From contig JAWBQR010000004.1 of NCBI GenBank assembly GCA_038845265.1, positions 66,049 to 130,048 of the forward strand: a stretch of 64,000 nucleotides of DNA. Reading direction: 5' to 3'. Under the pieces are notes generated by a model. The model saw nothing but the letters and a program-made list of their open reading frames with translations, ran no database searches and had not been told where the DNA came from. Every line of letters begins with the position of its first letter. Within the stretch, counting starts at the first letter, position 1. Shown here piece by piece: positions 19,696 to 30,434 of this stretch. A program made the position numbers and the translations under genes. The stretch is from Nitrososphaerota archaeon. Lineage in GTDB: Archaea; Thermoproteota; Nitrososphaeria_A; Caldarchaeales; Calditenuaceae.

Positions 19696-22221
19696 TCACG
19701 CAAAGAACTGTTCAAGGCTCCCTATTCCAACTATCTTATCAAAGTCTAAGTCGAGACTATCTAGTACTTGCTCGAATGTTGAACGCATATATTCTATATA
19801 TTTATCGATATCTATCTGTTCCTTCCTTACTGGATATTTAGGGTGTAGTGGAGCAACACCAATACTATCTTTTGTCTTAACATAGCTGATAATGTCTCCG
19901 GAGGTTACATTTACATTAACTTGTTTTAAAAGCCTAGCTGCCTTGACGTGGGGAGGCGTAGTCTTTACATAGCTTTCTGGAAGCTTTGATAACATTACAT
20001 TAAAAGCAAGATCTTCAAGGTTGAATTCCCTATTCTTAAGTTTCTGATACCAATTCTTTATCAATGCTGATATATGTTCCTTTGCGACTTCTAAATCTTG
20101 AGGAGACTTAATGTTCTGTAGTTCTGAAAGCATCGAGTTAAAAGCAGCTCTTATAAATTCTGGAATATGTCGCTTCTTTCCTGTCAATCCTTTAACATCC
20201 ACTACTCCCTTCGTCGTAAGCCCGAGATAGTTTTTCTTCCTCATGGAGAACACTATGTAAACGTACTCTTTGTCTACTTCGAGGTCAAGTCCGAGAATCA
20301 TGCTTGCCCATTTGATTAGATCCTCAAGTAATTTTTCATCCGCATACTTGAGGAAAAGGGAGTCTGTATCGCCATAAATTACTATGCCACCCATAGATTT
20401 TACCTTATTGATTGTTTCTTTGAAGACATATCTGCCGATCGCCGCAGTGCTCTCTGCGAGTGGGGGGCAGTATAGTGGAAATTCTTCAAATCCAAACACT
20501 CCATAACTAGCGTTGAGAAATACTTTGATAGCTTTCTGGACTACATCGTACCAAATCCTCTGCTCTGATGATAATGTCTTATCACTGCTCTTCGGCTTAT
20601 AAAAACCAACCCTAACATCACGTAATGCTCCTACAATTAGGCTCTGTAGGCCCTTCACCTTAGTGCAGACCCAATGCTCTGTCTCAGGAACCTTATTATT
20701 TTTACATTCTTCATGTGGGCATCTTATGGTCTCATAGCTAAGGTTCCACCTCTTTAATGCTGAAGGATACAAAGAGGCAAAGTCTAGGACTTTAACGTCA
20801 AAATGTATTCCTGGTACCGGCTCGTAAACGATTGCACCTCTGTACTTTTTTCCCTCTATAACTGCTTTTGTCGTTGTCCCTCCCTTAGCAGACAAAATAT
20901 CTTCTGGTCTTGGAATAAGCCAATTTCTTCTTCTGTGCTCATAGTACAACAGGTTCTTTATCCACCCGGAGACTCCGTGACGACACAAGTCCTCCAAAGG
21001 TAACCTACTTATCCTAGCAAGAACGAAGATCAGCCTAAGAAGAAGCTTGTTATTTACAGTCAAGAAGCTGTACACTAACTCGGCGTCTCCAAAGCTATAT
21101 TCAGCAAGTTCAGTATTACTCAGCTCCGATATGGGTTTTTCAAGCCTCACTTTTCCTTTACCAAGTAATGATTGGGCAATTGCTTCAAGAGTATGCTCAC
21201 GGTACTTATTATCAAAAGCATAGACTTGAACTGACTTGTTTATGAAGAAGCTGTAGAGGTCAATGTGTGCGCCAGTTACGAATGTTGCGCCCTCCCTGCC
21301 AATAATGATGGGGTTCTTCTCTTGAGGAACTCCGAGCCTATTGGCCCGGTTATGGAGATATGGAAGGTCAAACTCATCTCCATTGAACGTTGCTATAATC
21401 GCATAATTGGTAAGAATTTCAAAGACATCCTCTAACATTTTTTTCTCTGACTCATAAAATATTAAATCAAAGTTTTGTGACTGTGAAACATCATTTCCCG
21501 GCTCTCTACGCAGCATGAATACACTTCTCCTACCATCTGAGCCACATATTGATACTGCTATTACTTTGTCCTCAGCTTTACTAGGGCTGGGAACCCTAGT
21601 TGCTACTGGGCTTAAGACCTCTATGTCAAGTGCTGCATAAGGTGGATCTGGCTGCTGAGCCTCGAGCAGCCTTATCCAGTATGCTGCCTCTTCATATTCC
21701 TCTGGTCTCAGATTCTTAATTCTCTTCGCAATCATCATTGCTTCATCCATGCTTAGAGTAACAGGTTCAAGCCCTTTAGGAGTGACTTGGTATGGTAATC
21801 CAACTATGAGCGAGTTATCATATAGATAATTTATGTGATAGGGTATATCAGCCTCCCAACAAGGGACTTTCTCTCTAATCGACTCGGCTTTTCCACCAAT
21901 TGTAAGGGGATCCTTAGCGACTATTTTTGTCATCTCAATATATTCTTGCTTAATGGCATCAAATTTTTTTACTATTTCAAACCTAACAATGCTTGAAATC
22001 ATTGAGAAAAGCATCTTTTCTGCTTCACTTGGCGAGAGATTAGTTAGACAATAAGGAAGATGCCCTGACTCATCATATATTTGTACTACACGCCTGATTT
22101 TCGGGTCGTACATTTTTAGATATGCCTTACCTTTCGACCCATCGTAACCACACGATATCAGAAACAGTAAGTTACTTGAATCATTCTTGATTTCATCATC
22201 GAGCCTGAGCTGCATAATCAA
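19696..22221 (-). CDS. polB1: Family B DNA polymerase, PolB1 type
   Basis: Exo I ALDIEV, FNGDEFDLPY, YRGA, DFASLYPS, KVFLNASYG, YGDTDS, KKNY, KGLTGKKRH. Confidence 0.95.
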   Translation of the reverse strand: MIMQLRLDDEIKNDSSNLLFLISCGYDGSKGKAYLKMYDPKIRRVVQIYDESGHLPYCLTNLSPSEAEKMLFSMISSIVRFEIVKKFDAIKQEYIEMTKIVAKDPLTIGGKAESIREKVPCWEADIPYHINYLYDNSLIVGLPYQVTPKGLEPVTLSMDEAMMIAKRIKNLRPEEYEEAAYWIRLLEAQQPDPPYAALDIEVLSPVATRVPSPSKAEDKVIAVSICGSDGRRSVFMLRREPGNDVSQSQNFDLIFYESEKKMLEDVFEILTNYAIIATFNGDEFDLPYLHNRANRLGVPQEKNPIIIGREGATFVTGAHIDLYSFFINKSVQVYAFDNKYREHTLEAIAQSLLGKGKVRLEKPISELSNTELAEYSFGDAELVYSFLTVNNKLLLRLIFVLARISRLPLEDLCRHGVSGWIKNLLYYEHRRRNWLIPRPEDILSAKGGTTTKAVIEGKKYRGAIVYEPVPGIHFDVKVLDFASLYPSALKRWNLSYETIRCPHEECKNNKVPETEHWVCTKVKGLQSLIVGALRDVRVGFYKPKSSDKTLSSEQRIWYDVVQKAIKVFLNASYGVFGFEEFPLYCPPLAESTAAIGRYVFKETINKVKSMGGIVIYGDTDSLFLKYADEKLLEDLIKWASMILGLDLEVDKEYVYIVFSMRKKNYLGLTTKGVVDVKGLTGKKRHIPEFIRAAFNSMLSELQNIKSPQDLEVAKEHISALIKNWYQKLKNREFNLEDLAFNVMLSKLPESYVKTTPPHVKAARLLKQVNVNVTSGDIISYVKTKDSIGVAPLHPKYPVRKEQIDIDKYIEYMRSTFEQVLDSLDLDFDKIVGIGSLEQFFA

Positions 22222-22341
22222 CTATGAGAATACACGTCAGAACTCTCTATAAACCTTTACTGAGTCAAACTCGCATTTTTTCAGCAACATTAATACATAG
22301 ATAAGTTATATACATCTCGTTATGTATCAAAAATAGAAATA

Positions 22342-24618
22342 ATGAGAAAAAAATTATTGATTGCGACGATAGCTGCAGTTGGGCTCGCTTCTAGGCTATC
22401 AATAGCTCCTTTCACTGGCCATGCTTGGGACATGTATGTCTGGCTTAAAAGCGGCGAACTATTCCTTCATGAGAATTACAATATTTATATGGTATCGGAC
22501 ATCACAGGTTTTCCCTGGGGTTTCTATGCATATCCACCAATATGGCTCTATTGGCTCGCAATCACTCAATTCATAAAAATTAAACTGGGGCTGAATATTT
22601 CTCAACAGGTAGTCCTTATTAAGCTTCCCATTATAATCTCGGACATAATTATTGGATTATTGCTTTACAAGTTAGGTAAAAAATATGATCTTGATGAGAA
22701 GACCTGCATTGTACTTGCCGCTTCGTTTATTCTTAATCCACTTGTAGTGTTTATCTCATCTGTTTGGGGAATGTTTGACTCTATTGCTACATTGTTTGTA
22801 ATGTTATCAATATTATTATTGTCGAGAAGGCAGGAATACCTGTCACTGTTATCATTAGGTATTGGAACTGCTATCAAGATTTATCCGGCTTTATTCTATC
22901 CAGCATTAATGGTATATCTGTATAAAAATAAAAAATCTCTAAAGAAGTTATTAATTACGGGGAACTTACTCTTCTTCTCCCCATTATTAATATCCTCTAT
23001 TCCGTACTTATCATCATTAAATGAATATATCTCTAAGATGGTTTTTCACATATCAAATATTGGTCAATTTAATATCTGGACCCTACTATCACCACTTATA
23101 AGCACAGAATTAATATCAATAATAAGCATGTCATTATTGTTTTGCTTTTATGTAAATTTTCTTTTAAAGCATCTAAAAAATTTTTCAAGTAGAGGATCCC
23201 ACATAAGAATGTTTACGGCGATTCTGGTAATTTTCCTTGCCACGTCCTTGAAGGTCAATGTACAGTATACGGTATGGTTAATTCCACTTCTTCTGTTAGA
23301 TATTGCTATAAGTGAGAATAGAAGATTTGATGATGTTGTATCACTAGTAATCATAAATGCTGCAGGAATTGTTTTTGTTGTCGCATTTGGACAATTAATA
23401 AGTTTTGATATTAATTCCTTAGGACGGGTAAACATTCTTGCAGTATCTGAAAACTTCATCTTTGGCGGGATTATTCTTTTATCCGCAGCTGTGGCTGGAT
23501 GGAGGTTTATATTAATGATGTTCAATTACCTTGAATTCTTTCGAATAAAAAAAATTATGATTGGAAAAGTAGGCCTCTCTTTGATACTAATTGTCTTGAT
23601 TCTTTCTCTCTCATTATTTCCATCCCCAGCTGGTATCGAACTGCCTCAAAGCCAAATCAGGATAGCTGTTCCAGAAAGTGTACACTCAATATTTACAAAT
23701 GGTAAGACAAGCATCAATAATGATGATCTTGACAGGATTGCTAGACCGAATATAATGGTCCTATCTTTTTCACTTGATTTCTTTAACCTATACGATGGAT
23801 ACCAAAGCGACTCATCTTTAAATAAGTATATGAAATTTAGAATAGATGCATCAGACCTTACTGCTGGAAAATTGCGTGAAATTATAACAAATCTTAAAAA
23901 TGAAAGAATTAAAGTTCTTGTCGGTGTCTTTGTCTCGCCTCAGCAGAAATATATTAGCTATGGTATTCATGGATATTCGTCAAATTGGCTCCTTAGTAAT
24001 TATCCGGAGATTCTAAAAAATGGAAAAGTAAATTTCGATGAATACATAATTATTAATAACGAAAAAACGCAGTATAGTTATTATCTCGCAAAAAAGATAA
24101 GCAGAGTAGTCAATGACTTCAATTTTGACGGTGTGTATATTCTGACTGAGCCAGACGGCATAAAAACAGTTAATGATGTGGAATCCATTTTAGGACTATT
24201 AATCAATGTTAGACGGGAGATAAGTAGGGATAAAATCTTGATTGTTGACCGGGTTGATCCATTCTTATCTATAGACTTATTGAGAATTATTTTGAACCAC
24301 ACTGACTATGTTGTCCTCCATACATCTCCCTGGATCGATGGAATGCTCTATGGGGCGAGGGCTAATAGAACTGTTGAAACATATCGACAATGCATCCGAC
24401 ATATTAAAAGCGAACTTAAGAATAATGAATGGCATAAACTACTCTTTTCGATTTATACATTAGATATGGCTAGAGGTTGGTTAACACCAGCACTTGCAGT
24501 GCAACTTGAAGTAGATTCGTACAGTAGCTTACTTGATAATGGATATGCAATTTACTATGTTTCCAATTATTTACCTTATAGACTTAAACTTAGACAGCAG
24601 GTTGAGTCTTTTTCATAA
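22342..24618 (+). CDS. Multi-pass membrane GT-C glycosyltransferase (PIG-M/GT87-like) fused to a soluble putative glycoside-hydrolase-like barrel
   Basis: N-half with HAWD, YAYPPIW, KLPIIISD, NPLVVFISSVWGMFDSI, AIKIYP and many TM helices; C-half soluble with FNFDGVYILTE. Confidence 0.7.
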   Translation: MRKKLLIATIAAVGLASRLSIAPFTGHAWDMYVWLKSGELFLHENYNIYMVSDITGFPWGFYAYPPIWLYWLAITQFIKIKLGLNISQQVVLIKLPIIISDIIIGLLLYKLGKKYDLDEKTCIVLAASFILNPLVVFISSVWGMFDSIATLFVMLSILLLSRRQEYLSLLSLGIGTAIKIYPALFYPALMVYLYKNKKSLKKLLITGNLLFFSPLLISSIPYLSSLNEYISKMVFHISNIGQFNIWTLLSPLISTELISIISMSLLFCFYVNFLLKHLKNFSSRGSHIRMFTAILVIFLATSLKVNVQYTVWLIPLLLLDIAISENRRFDDVVSLVIINAAGIVFVVAFGQLISFDINSLGRVNILAVSENFIFGGIILLSAAVAGWRFILMMFNYLEFFRIKKIMIGKVGLSLILIVLILSLSLFPSPAGIELPQSQIRIAVPESVHSIFTNGKTSINNDDLDRIARPNIMVLSFSLDFFNLYDGYQSDSSLNKYMKFRIDASDLTAGKLREIITNLKNERIKVLVGVFVSPQQKYISYGIHGYSSNWLLSNYPEILKNGKVNFDEYIIINNEKTQYSYYLAKKISRVVNDFNFDGVYILTEPDGIKTVNDVESILGLLINVRREISRDKILIVDRVDPFLSIDLLRIILNHTDYVVLHTSPWIDGMLYGARANRTVETYRQCIRHIKSELKNNEWHKLLFSIYTLDMARGWLTPALAVQLEVDSYSSLLDNGYAIYYVSNYLPYRLKLRQQVESFS

Positions 24619-25627
24619 ATAAGGGCAGAGAGAACATAAGGAAAACAAATGAAATTATTAGCGTTGTTATATGTGTAGCTAATCTCCACGCAACTACCGC
24701 GGCTCCGGCCCACTCTCCTTTTAAGGAATGAATGTATAGAGAGATTCCTAACTCGGTTGTTCCTGAACCTCCTAGTGTGATGGGTAATACTCCTAATGCT
24801 ACTCCCGAGTATGCAGCCAGTAGGGATTCGAAAAATTCAAGCCTCACTCCACCCGCATCATAGATAATAAGTACGGTTAGTCCATAGATAATTGAGAGGA
24901 CCATCGTCAAAAATACGTTCAAAAGAATCACGTATTTATTGAGTGACGAGTGATAAAGTCTAAGGGATGAAGAAAAAGAGCTGTATGTTTCTTTTAGCCA
25001 ATTTATCATTTTTCCAAGGAGGGATGAACGTCCTACTTTATCATGAAAATACTCGAAGGTGTGCGAGAATGTTCTGCCAGTCAGTCCTGTATAGAAGATG
25101 AACAAATAAAAGAACAGTATGGGAAGAGTTATCATTAATAATATGGACCCAAGAGTTATGTCGCCAATCATTAATATAATATATAATGCAGCAATTATCG
25201 TAATTGAAGTTCCCATGAAGACGTCGTAGAATGTTTCAGAATAAGAAATCCATAACGCTTTTCCGCTATCCAATCCACGCATTATGAGATAACCCGCACG
25301 GACTAACTCATCCCCTATGTAGGATAAAGAGGTTGCTGCTACGAACTCGCTTCCAATCCTAACAAGAATGCACTCACGAATCTTAGGATTAAAATTAACA
25401 TGTGAGCCCTTAATAAAAGTGTAAAACCTCAGTCCCTGGATCAAGAGCCTAATAATTATTAATGACGAAGTAAGCATTATCGGAGCAATCCCTATCTTTA
25501 TTACATCTTCTAGATTTACCATCAGAAACGTGAAGTAGATCCATGGAGATGCTAATCCTAGGAGCACCCCAATTATCAGTAATCTCCAGGGAATTCTTTG
25601 AGTACCGGACTCTACGATCCTAGGCAT
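24590..25627 (-). CDS. LPG synthase TM / AglD-type flippase-like membrane protein
   Basis: About 8 TM helices, GDELVRA, LPITLGGSGTTE, AWRLATH; start set at MPRIVES. Confidence 0.8.
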   Translation of the reverse strand: MPRIVESGTQRIPWRLLIIGVLLGLASPWIYFTFLMVNLEDVIKIGIAPIMLTSSLIIIRLLIQGLRFYTFIKGSHVNFNPKIRECILVRIGSEFVAATSLSYIGDELVRAGYLIMRGLDSGKALWISYSETFYDVFMGTSITIIAALYIILMIGDITLGSILLMITLPILFFYLFIFYTGLTGRTFSHTFEYFHDKVGRSSLLGKMINWLKETYSSFSSSLRLYHSSLNKYVILLNVFLTMVLSIIYGLTVLIIYDAGGVRLEFFESLLAAYSGVALGVLPITLGGSGTTELGISLYIHSLKGEWAGAAVVAWRLATHITTLIISFVFLMFSLPLFMKKTQPAV

Positions 25628-25678
25628 TGTTCGAGCAGAGAAAAATAATTTAATTGTCACTAAATAATTTTTATAGTC

Positions 25679-26566
25679 ATGCATAGCGTATCGTTTGGTA
25701 TACCGTCATTTAATGAGCCTAAAAACGTTTTGAGACTTATAAACATGATTGCTCATCAAGTTCTTCCACCCTCAATTAATGTGGAAGAAATAATAATTAT
25801 TGATGATAGTGATTATGAAAGATATAATGAACTCATTAATGGGCTAAACCATTTTTCAGCCCTGCCGATACAAGTTATTCATAACTCATCGAGACAAGGA
25901 GTTGCGGCTGCATGGAACAATATCTTTTCAAGATCGAGAGGCGATGTCCTTGTGTTGTATGATGCTGATGTATTCATTAGACCCGAAACTACATGGAGAC
26001 TGGTCAATCCATTACTGATTGATAATGAGTTGGGACTTGTTGCGGCTTATGTTAAGGCTTTGTCTAATTCATCAATTGCGGGCATGATGTCTACTTTTAT
26101 TGCTGATTGGCTTAACGAGATAAGGACTAGCTATCCTAACTCAAAGTACCTCGCGATGGGTAGGGGGCTCGCAGTCAGGACATCAATTGTCAAAAAAATT
26201 TGCATTCCAAAACATGTGATATCAATAGATCTTTATCTCCAATTATATACATTGAGGTCTGGTTATAAGGTGCATTTTGCATCTGATGCAGTAGTTGAAT
26301 TTAAGGCTCCGAGTCTTCTGAGAGAATCAATCTCACAGGTTATCAGGGGATATTTTGGTCATAAACAATTAAAAATGATTACCAATAAGTTATTAATTAA
26401 CCCAAAATTTACTGAGGAGATATTTTGTGCAGTTAAGACTGCAAAACATGATCCACGTGGGGCTTTTGCCACCATTATTGGATTCATATATTTATTCTTC
26501 TTATTTTCAAAACTTTTCAGGGGTTCCAGTAATTATTTATGGGACGTGGCATTGACTTCTAAATGA
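25679..26566 (+). CDS. Glycosyltransferase family 2
   Basis: GIPSFNE, IIDDS, GVAAAWN, LYDAD (DxD), C-terminal hydrophobic segment. Confidence 0.88.
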   Translation: MHSVSFGIPSFNEPKNVLRLINMIAHQVLPPSINVEEIIIIDDSDYERYNELINGLNHFSALPIQVIHNSSRQGVAAAWNNIFSRSRGDVLVLYDADVFIRPETTWRLVNPLLIDNELGLVAAYVKALSNSSIAGMMSTFIADWLNEIRTSYPNSKYLAMGRGLAVRTSIVKKICIPKHVISIDLYLQLYTLRSGYKVHFASDAVVEFKAPSLLRESISQVIRGYFGHKQLKMITNKLLINPKFTEEIFCAVKTAKHDPRGAFATIIGFIYLFFLFSKLFRGSSNYLWDVALTSK

Positions 26567-26634
26567 AGACCCAGGTCGTTATAGGGACCGAGAATATAGT
26601 TAATTAGGGGTACGTCAATATTGGTTGCTGCTGA

Positions 26635-27261
26635 ATGAGTACTGAGTGGCAGCCTCGGACAACGGTAGGAAGGCTAGTTAAGGAAGGAAAGATAACCTCT
26701 ATAGAGGAGCTTTTTGCTCAAAATCTGAGGATAACTGAGCCAGAAATCGTTGACGTCTTAATACCTACGCTTGAGCAAGAAGTGATTGATGTCAAGCTTG
26801 TGCAAAGACAAACAGACGCTGGGGAGAAATCTAGGTTTAAAGCGATAGTCGCAGTGGGTAACAGGGACGGCTTTGTAGGTCTAGGAACTGGAAAATCACC
26901 CCACGTCGTTATGGCGATCGAGAGCGCAGTATCGAAGGCCAAGATGAATCTCACATATGTAAGAAGAGGATGTGGTAGCTGGGAGTGTGCATGCGGAGAC
27001 CCCCATAGCATAGAGTCAGTCGTGGAGGGAAAATGGGGTAGTGTTAGGGTAATTGTTCTTCCAGGACCAAGAGGACTTGGGCTAGTGGCTGGAGAAGTGG
27101 CTAAAATAATACTGAGACTGGCAGGTGTAAATGATTGTTGGACAAGAAGCTTTGGAGAGACGAGGACGACGCTGAGCATGGCTGGTGCCGTTTTTCAGGC
27201 ATTAAAGAACACGAATAGAATAGTTCTACCCACTTTCTGGAGAGGGCAGGGCTCGGTATGA
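26635..27261 (+). CDS. rps5: Ribosomal protein uS5
   Basis: WQPRTTVGRLV, QRQTDAGEKSRF, RRGCGSWEC, PGPRGLGLVAG. Confidence 0.97.
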   Translation: MSTEWQPRTTVGRLVKEGKITSIEELFAQNLRITEPEIVDVLIPTLEQEVIDVKLVQRQTDAGEKSRFKAIVAVGNRDGFVGLGTGKSPHVVMAIESAVSKAKMNLTYVRRGCGSWECACGDPHSIESVVEGKWGSVRVIVLPGPRGLGLVAGEVAKIILRLAGVNDCWTRSFGETRTTLSMAGAVFQALKNTNRIVLPTFWRGQGSV

Positions 27262-27740
27262 GTAGTCATGACGCCGCATGCCTACTCGTAGTTAGGTTAA
27301 GAGGACCATCTGGCTTAAGCGCTGCTATCAACAATACGTTGGAGATGTTGAACTTGAAGCGTTCATGCTGGGCGACAATAATTCCTAACACGTCGTCGAT
27401 GGTAGGTATGCTTAAAAAAGTTGAGAGATATGTAACATGGGGCGATCCTAATGAACAGTTATTGACTTTACTGATTAATACGAAAGGAGAGGTACTGCAT
27501 GGAGTGAATATTGAGGAGGAGCTAAAGTCGCTAGGTGCATCTTCAATAGAAGAACTCGTTAAGCTTATCGTCGAAGGAAAGTGCGAATCAAAGGTTCTAT
27601 GGAGATTCTATAAGCCCTATTTTAGACTTCATCCGCCCAAGGGAGGATTCAAAAGGAGCACTAAGAGACCGTTTAAGGAGGGGGGCGAATATGGCTATAG
27701 AGGAGTGGAGATTTCAGAACTCGTTAAGCGCATGATATAG
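27258..27740 (+). CDS. rpl30: Ribosomal protein uL30
   Basis: VVRLRG, GMLKKVERYVTWG, FRLHPPKGG, GEYGYRG. Confidence 0.95.
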   Translation: MSSHDAACLLVVRLRGPSGLSAAINNTLEMLNLKRSCWATIIPNTSSMVGMLKKVERYVTWGDPNEQLLTLLINTKGEVLHGVNIEEELKSLGASSIEELVKLIVEGKCESKVLWRFYKPYFRLHPPKGGFKRSTKRPFKEGGEYGYRGVEISELVKRMI

Positions 27741-27797
27741 CCTGCGACTACAGCTATAAATATGTCCTTGCCCCAATGGATTCTCGGTTAGATAACT

Positions 27798-28241
27798 ATG
27801 CCAACGAGGCTTAGAAAAGTGAGGAAACTCCGCGGCTCAAGGTACCATGGCTGGGGACAGATTGGTCAACATAGAAAGCATGGTGCAAAAGGAGGTAGAG
27901 GGATGGCTGGAGCACATAAGCATAAGTGGACCTGGATATTGAAGTACTATCCAGAATACTTCGGCAAGTCAGGCATGGTTCCGCCCAGAAGAAGAATCAG
28001 TAGAGCCATAAATCTTAACCAAATATCGCTGATTGCAGAGCAGTTATTAAACTCGAAAGATGCTACTTTTGAAGATGACAAGTTGGTAATTGACTTGACA
28101 AAGCTTAACTATGATAAGGTTTTGGCGACTGGTACTCTGTATCGTCCCGTCAAGATTATTGCTAAGTCCTGGTCAGAAAAGGCCGAGAAGAAAATTAAGG
28201 AGCTCGGTTCTCTAATAATTGGTCCAGAGACCTCCAAGTGA
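27798..28241 (+). CDS. rpl15: Ribosomal protein uL15
   Basis: RKLRGSRYHGWG, GGRGMAG, HKHKW, YFGKSG. Confidence 0.96.
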   Translation: MPTRLRKVRKLRGSRYHGWGQIGQHRKHGAKGGRGMAGAHKHKWTWILKYYPEYFGKSGMVPPRRRISRAINLNQISLIAEQLLNSKDATFEDDKLVIDLTKLNYDKVLATGTLYRPVKIIAKSWSEKAEKKIKELGSLIIGPETSK

Positions 28242-29677
28242 GTTACATGTCAATTGATATCAGGTCGGTTATCGATGCTACATCTCGTCTCTTACCTGAA
28301 ATTAAGAAGCCAGGAAGAAAGCTCTCCTTAACAGAGCGACTTGTTTGGACAGCGTTGGTTCTTGTGATCTACGAGGCGATGGGAAGCATCGTGCTCTACG
28401 GAGTCGAGATTTCACCATCAGCACAAGCTAGCCCATTACTCTTAAATGTAATATTTGCCTCACAGATAGGCACGCTGACAACGCTTGGAATTGGACCAAT
28501 AGTTACTGCCGGACTTATTCTCCAGCTCCTAGTAGGTGCAGAGATAATAAGGCTAGACTTAACAAAGCCAGATGACAGAGCGCTCTTCACTTCTGCGAGC
28601 AAATTCCTCACAATACTCATAGCTCTCTTCCAATCGGCAGCATATGTCATGGCTGGATATTTTGGCATCTTGTCAACAACCATGCAGATAGCCGTGTTCG
28701 CTCAGCTTGTAGCCGCCACACTTGTCGTAATGCTCTTAGATGAGCTCGTCCAGAAGGGATGGGGTATAGGAAGCGGCATAAGCCTGTTCATAGCTGCAGG
28801 AGTCGCTGGACAGATCTTTTCAGACTTATTTTCACCCATTACCCTGCAAGATGGCTACTTCCATGGCGTGATACTTGCAATTATACAGGCAATAATGAAT
28901 GGGCATGGATTAAATGATGTCTTCATTAGACAAGAGGTCGGACGGGGGGATATTCTTGGATTGGTCTCCACTATAGTCATAATCATGATTGTCATTTATG
29001 CCGAGGGGATAAGGGTAAACATTCCAATTTCTCATTCACGATTTGCAGGATATAGAGGACAGTACCCAGTTAAGCTGCTTTATGTATCTAACGTCCCAGT
29101 CATATTTGCTTCAACTATATTTACGAATATTTATTACATTTCATCGATCGTCTGGTCAAGATTTAATCAGAATAATTCTAACTGGATACTTAACTTAGTA
29201 GGTATTTTTGAGTCGTCAGAAGCAGGTAGGCCCATCGTGAAGGGTGGCCTGGCCTATTATGTAATTGGTCCTAATTCTTTTTCAGAGGCGGTTTCAGATC
29301 CTGTTAGGTCGTTAGTATTTGTTGGGTTAATGGTGGGCATGTGTATAGCCCTCGGGAGATTCTGGGTCAGTGTCGGTGGTCTTTCGCCCACAACAGTTGC
29401 TCAGCAGTTGATAGCAGCCGGAATGCAGGTTCCTGGATTTAGGAGATCGCCCCAAATTATCGCTGGGATTCTTAAGAAATATATCTACACGGTCAGCATT
29501 ATCGGCTCAATAATTGTTGGATTACTTGCAAGTATTGCAGGATACTTTAATGCATTTGGGACAGGCACAGGAATACTACTAATGATAGGCATTCTATATC
29601 AGCTCTATCAGCAGCTTGTGAAGGAGAGACTGACAGAAGTTTATCCAGCAGTTGCTAAGCTGGTCGGTGAGGGATAA
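28238..29677 (+). CDS. secY: Preprotein translocase SecY
   Basis: LGIGPIVTAGLILQLL, DELVQKGWGIGSGISLFIA, YPVKLLYVSNVP, QVPGFR, GTGTGILL. Confidence 0.97.
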   Translation: MSYMSIDIRSVIDATSRLLPEIKKPGRKLSLTERLVWTALVLVIYEAMGSIVLYGVEISPSAQASPLLLNVIFASQIGTLTTLGIGPIVTAGLILQLLVGAEIIRLDLTKPDDRALFTSASKFLTILIALFQSAAYVMAGYFGILSTTMQIAVFAQLVAATLVVMLLDELVQKGWGIGSGISLFIAAGVAGQIFSDLFSPITLQDGYFHGVILAIIQAIMNGHGLNDVFIRQEVGRGDILGLVSTIVIIMIVIYAEGIRVNIPISHSRFAGYRGQYPVKLLYVSNVPVIFASTIFTNIYYISSIVWSRFNQNNSNWILNLVGIFESSEAGRPIVKGGLAYYVIGPNSFSEAVSDPVRSLVFVGLMVGMCIALGRFWVSVGGLSPTTVAQQLIAAGMQVPGFRRSPQIIAGILKKYIYTVSIIGSIIVGLLASIAGYFNAFGTGTGILLMIGILYQLYQQLVKERLTEVYPAVAKLVGEG

Positions 29678-30196
29678 ATGCCACTGACACAAGCAGCGAT
29701 TGAAATAATGTTGATATCGCTTAGTATAGGCATATTAAACTCAATTCTCAGACGAATACTGATAACAAAAGAAGACATAAGAAATATGCAGGAGGCTGCT
29801 GAGTATAGGAGAGAGTTGATGAAGGCCGCAAAGGAGAAAGATGTAAAAACACTACAGAAGCTAGAAAAGAGAAAAGAATATATCCAGAAAATAGAGGCAA
29901 AGACATTTGGTAAAAACATGCTAATAATGATGGCAAGCTTAGCAATTTTCTTCATTTTCTATTACTGGGCCATGTCTCGATATGGAATGGGGCCTATACT
30001 ACAGCTCCCTCCGGGACTGTATATTCCTTTAATCGTCGTAGATGGAAAGATAAATTTCTTTGGCTGGTATTTTCTCACGGCCCTAACCTTTGGCCTTCCG
30101 ATAAACAAGTTTTTAAGTCCAAAAACGCCATCGGTTTTGGGTGAGATGGGGGGTGCCAAAGAGATTTCAAAGGACAAGGAAGCTAAGAAGAGTTAA
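29678..30196 (+). CDS. EMC3/TMCO1 (DUF106, Oxa1 superfamily) membrane protein
   Basis: TM-coiled coil-TM-TM architecture, FFGWYFL motif, conserved position between secY and rpl34e. Confidence 0.85.
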   Translation: MPLTQAAIEIMLISLSIGILNSILRRILITKEDIRNMQEAAEYRRELMKAAKEKDVKTLQKLEKRKEYIQKIEAKTFGKNMLIMMASLAIFFIFYYWAMSRYGMGPILQLPPGLYIPLIVVDGKINFFGWYFLTALTFGLPINKFLSPKTPSVLGEMGGAKEISKDKEAKKS

Positions 30197-30434
30197 CGTA
30201 AGGACTCCGGGTGGAAGAGTATCAGTACATCTAAGAGATAAACTACCTGGATTTCGTCGATGCGGATGGTGTGGAGGGATACTTCAAGGCATAGTTAGAG
30301 ATAGTATTACAAAGGCATCAAAGTCTGAAAAGAGGGTTTCACGAAGGTTCGGTGGCTACCTTTGTCATAAATGTCTTGAGAGAGCTCTAAAATCCTCAGC
30401 AATCTCAGAGTGGAAAACAATAGAGGCTACTTAA
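30153..30434 (+). CDS. rpl34e: Ribosomal protein eL34
   Basis: RTPGGR, CGWCG, KRVSRRFGGYLCHKCL; GTG start giving MPKRFQRT after GGTGA. Confidence 0.93.
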   Translation: MPKRFQRTRKLRRVNVRTPGGRVSVHLRDKLPGFRRCGWCGGILQGIVRDSITKASKSEKRVSRRFGGYLCHKCLERALKSSAISEWKTIEAT

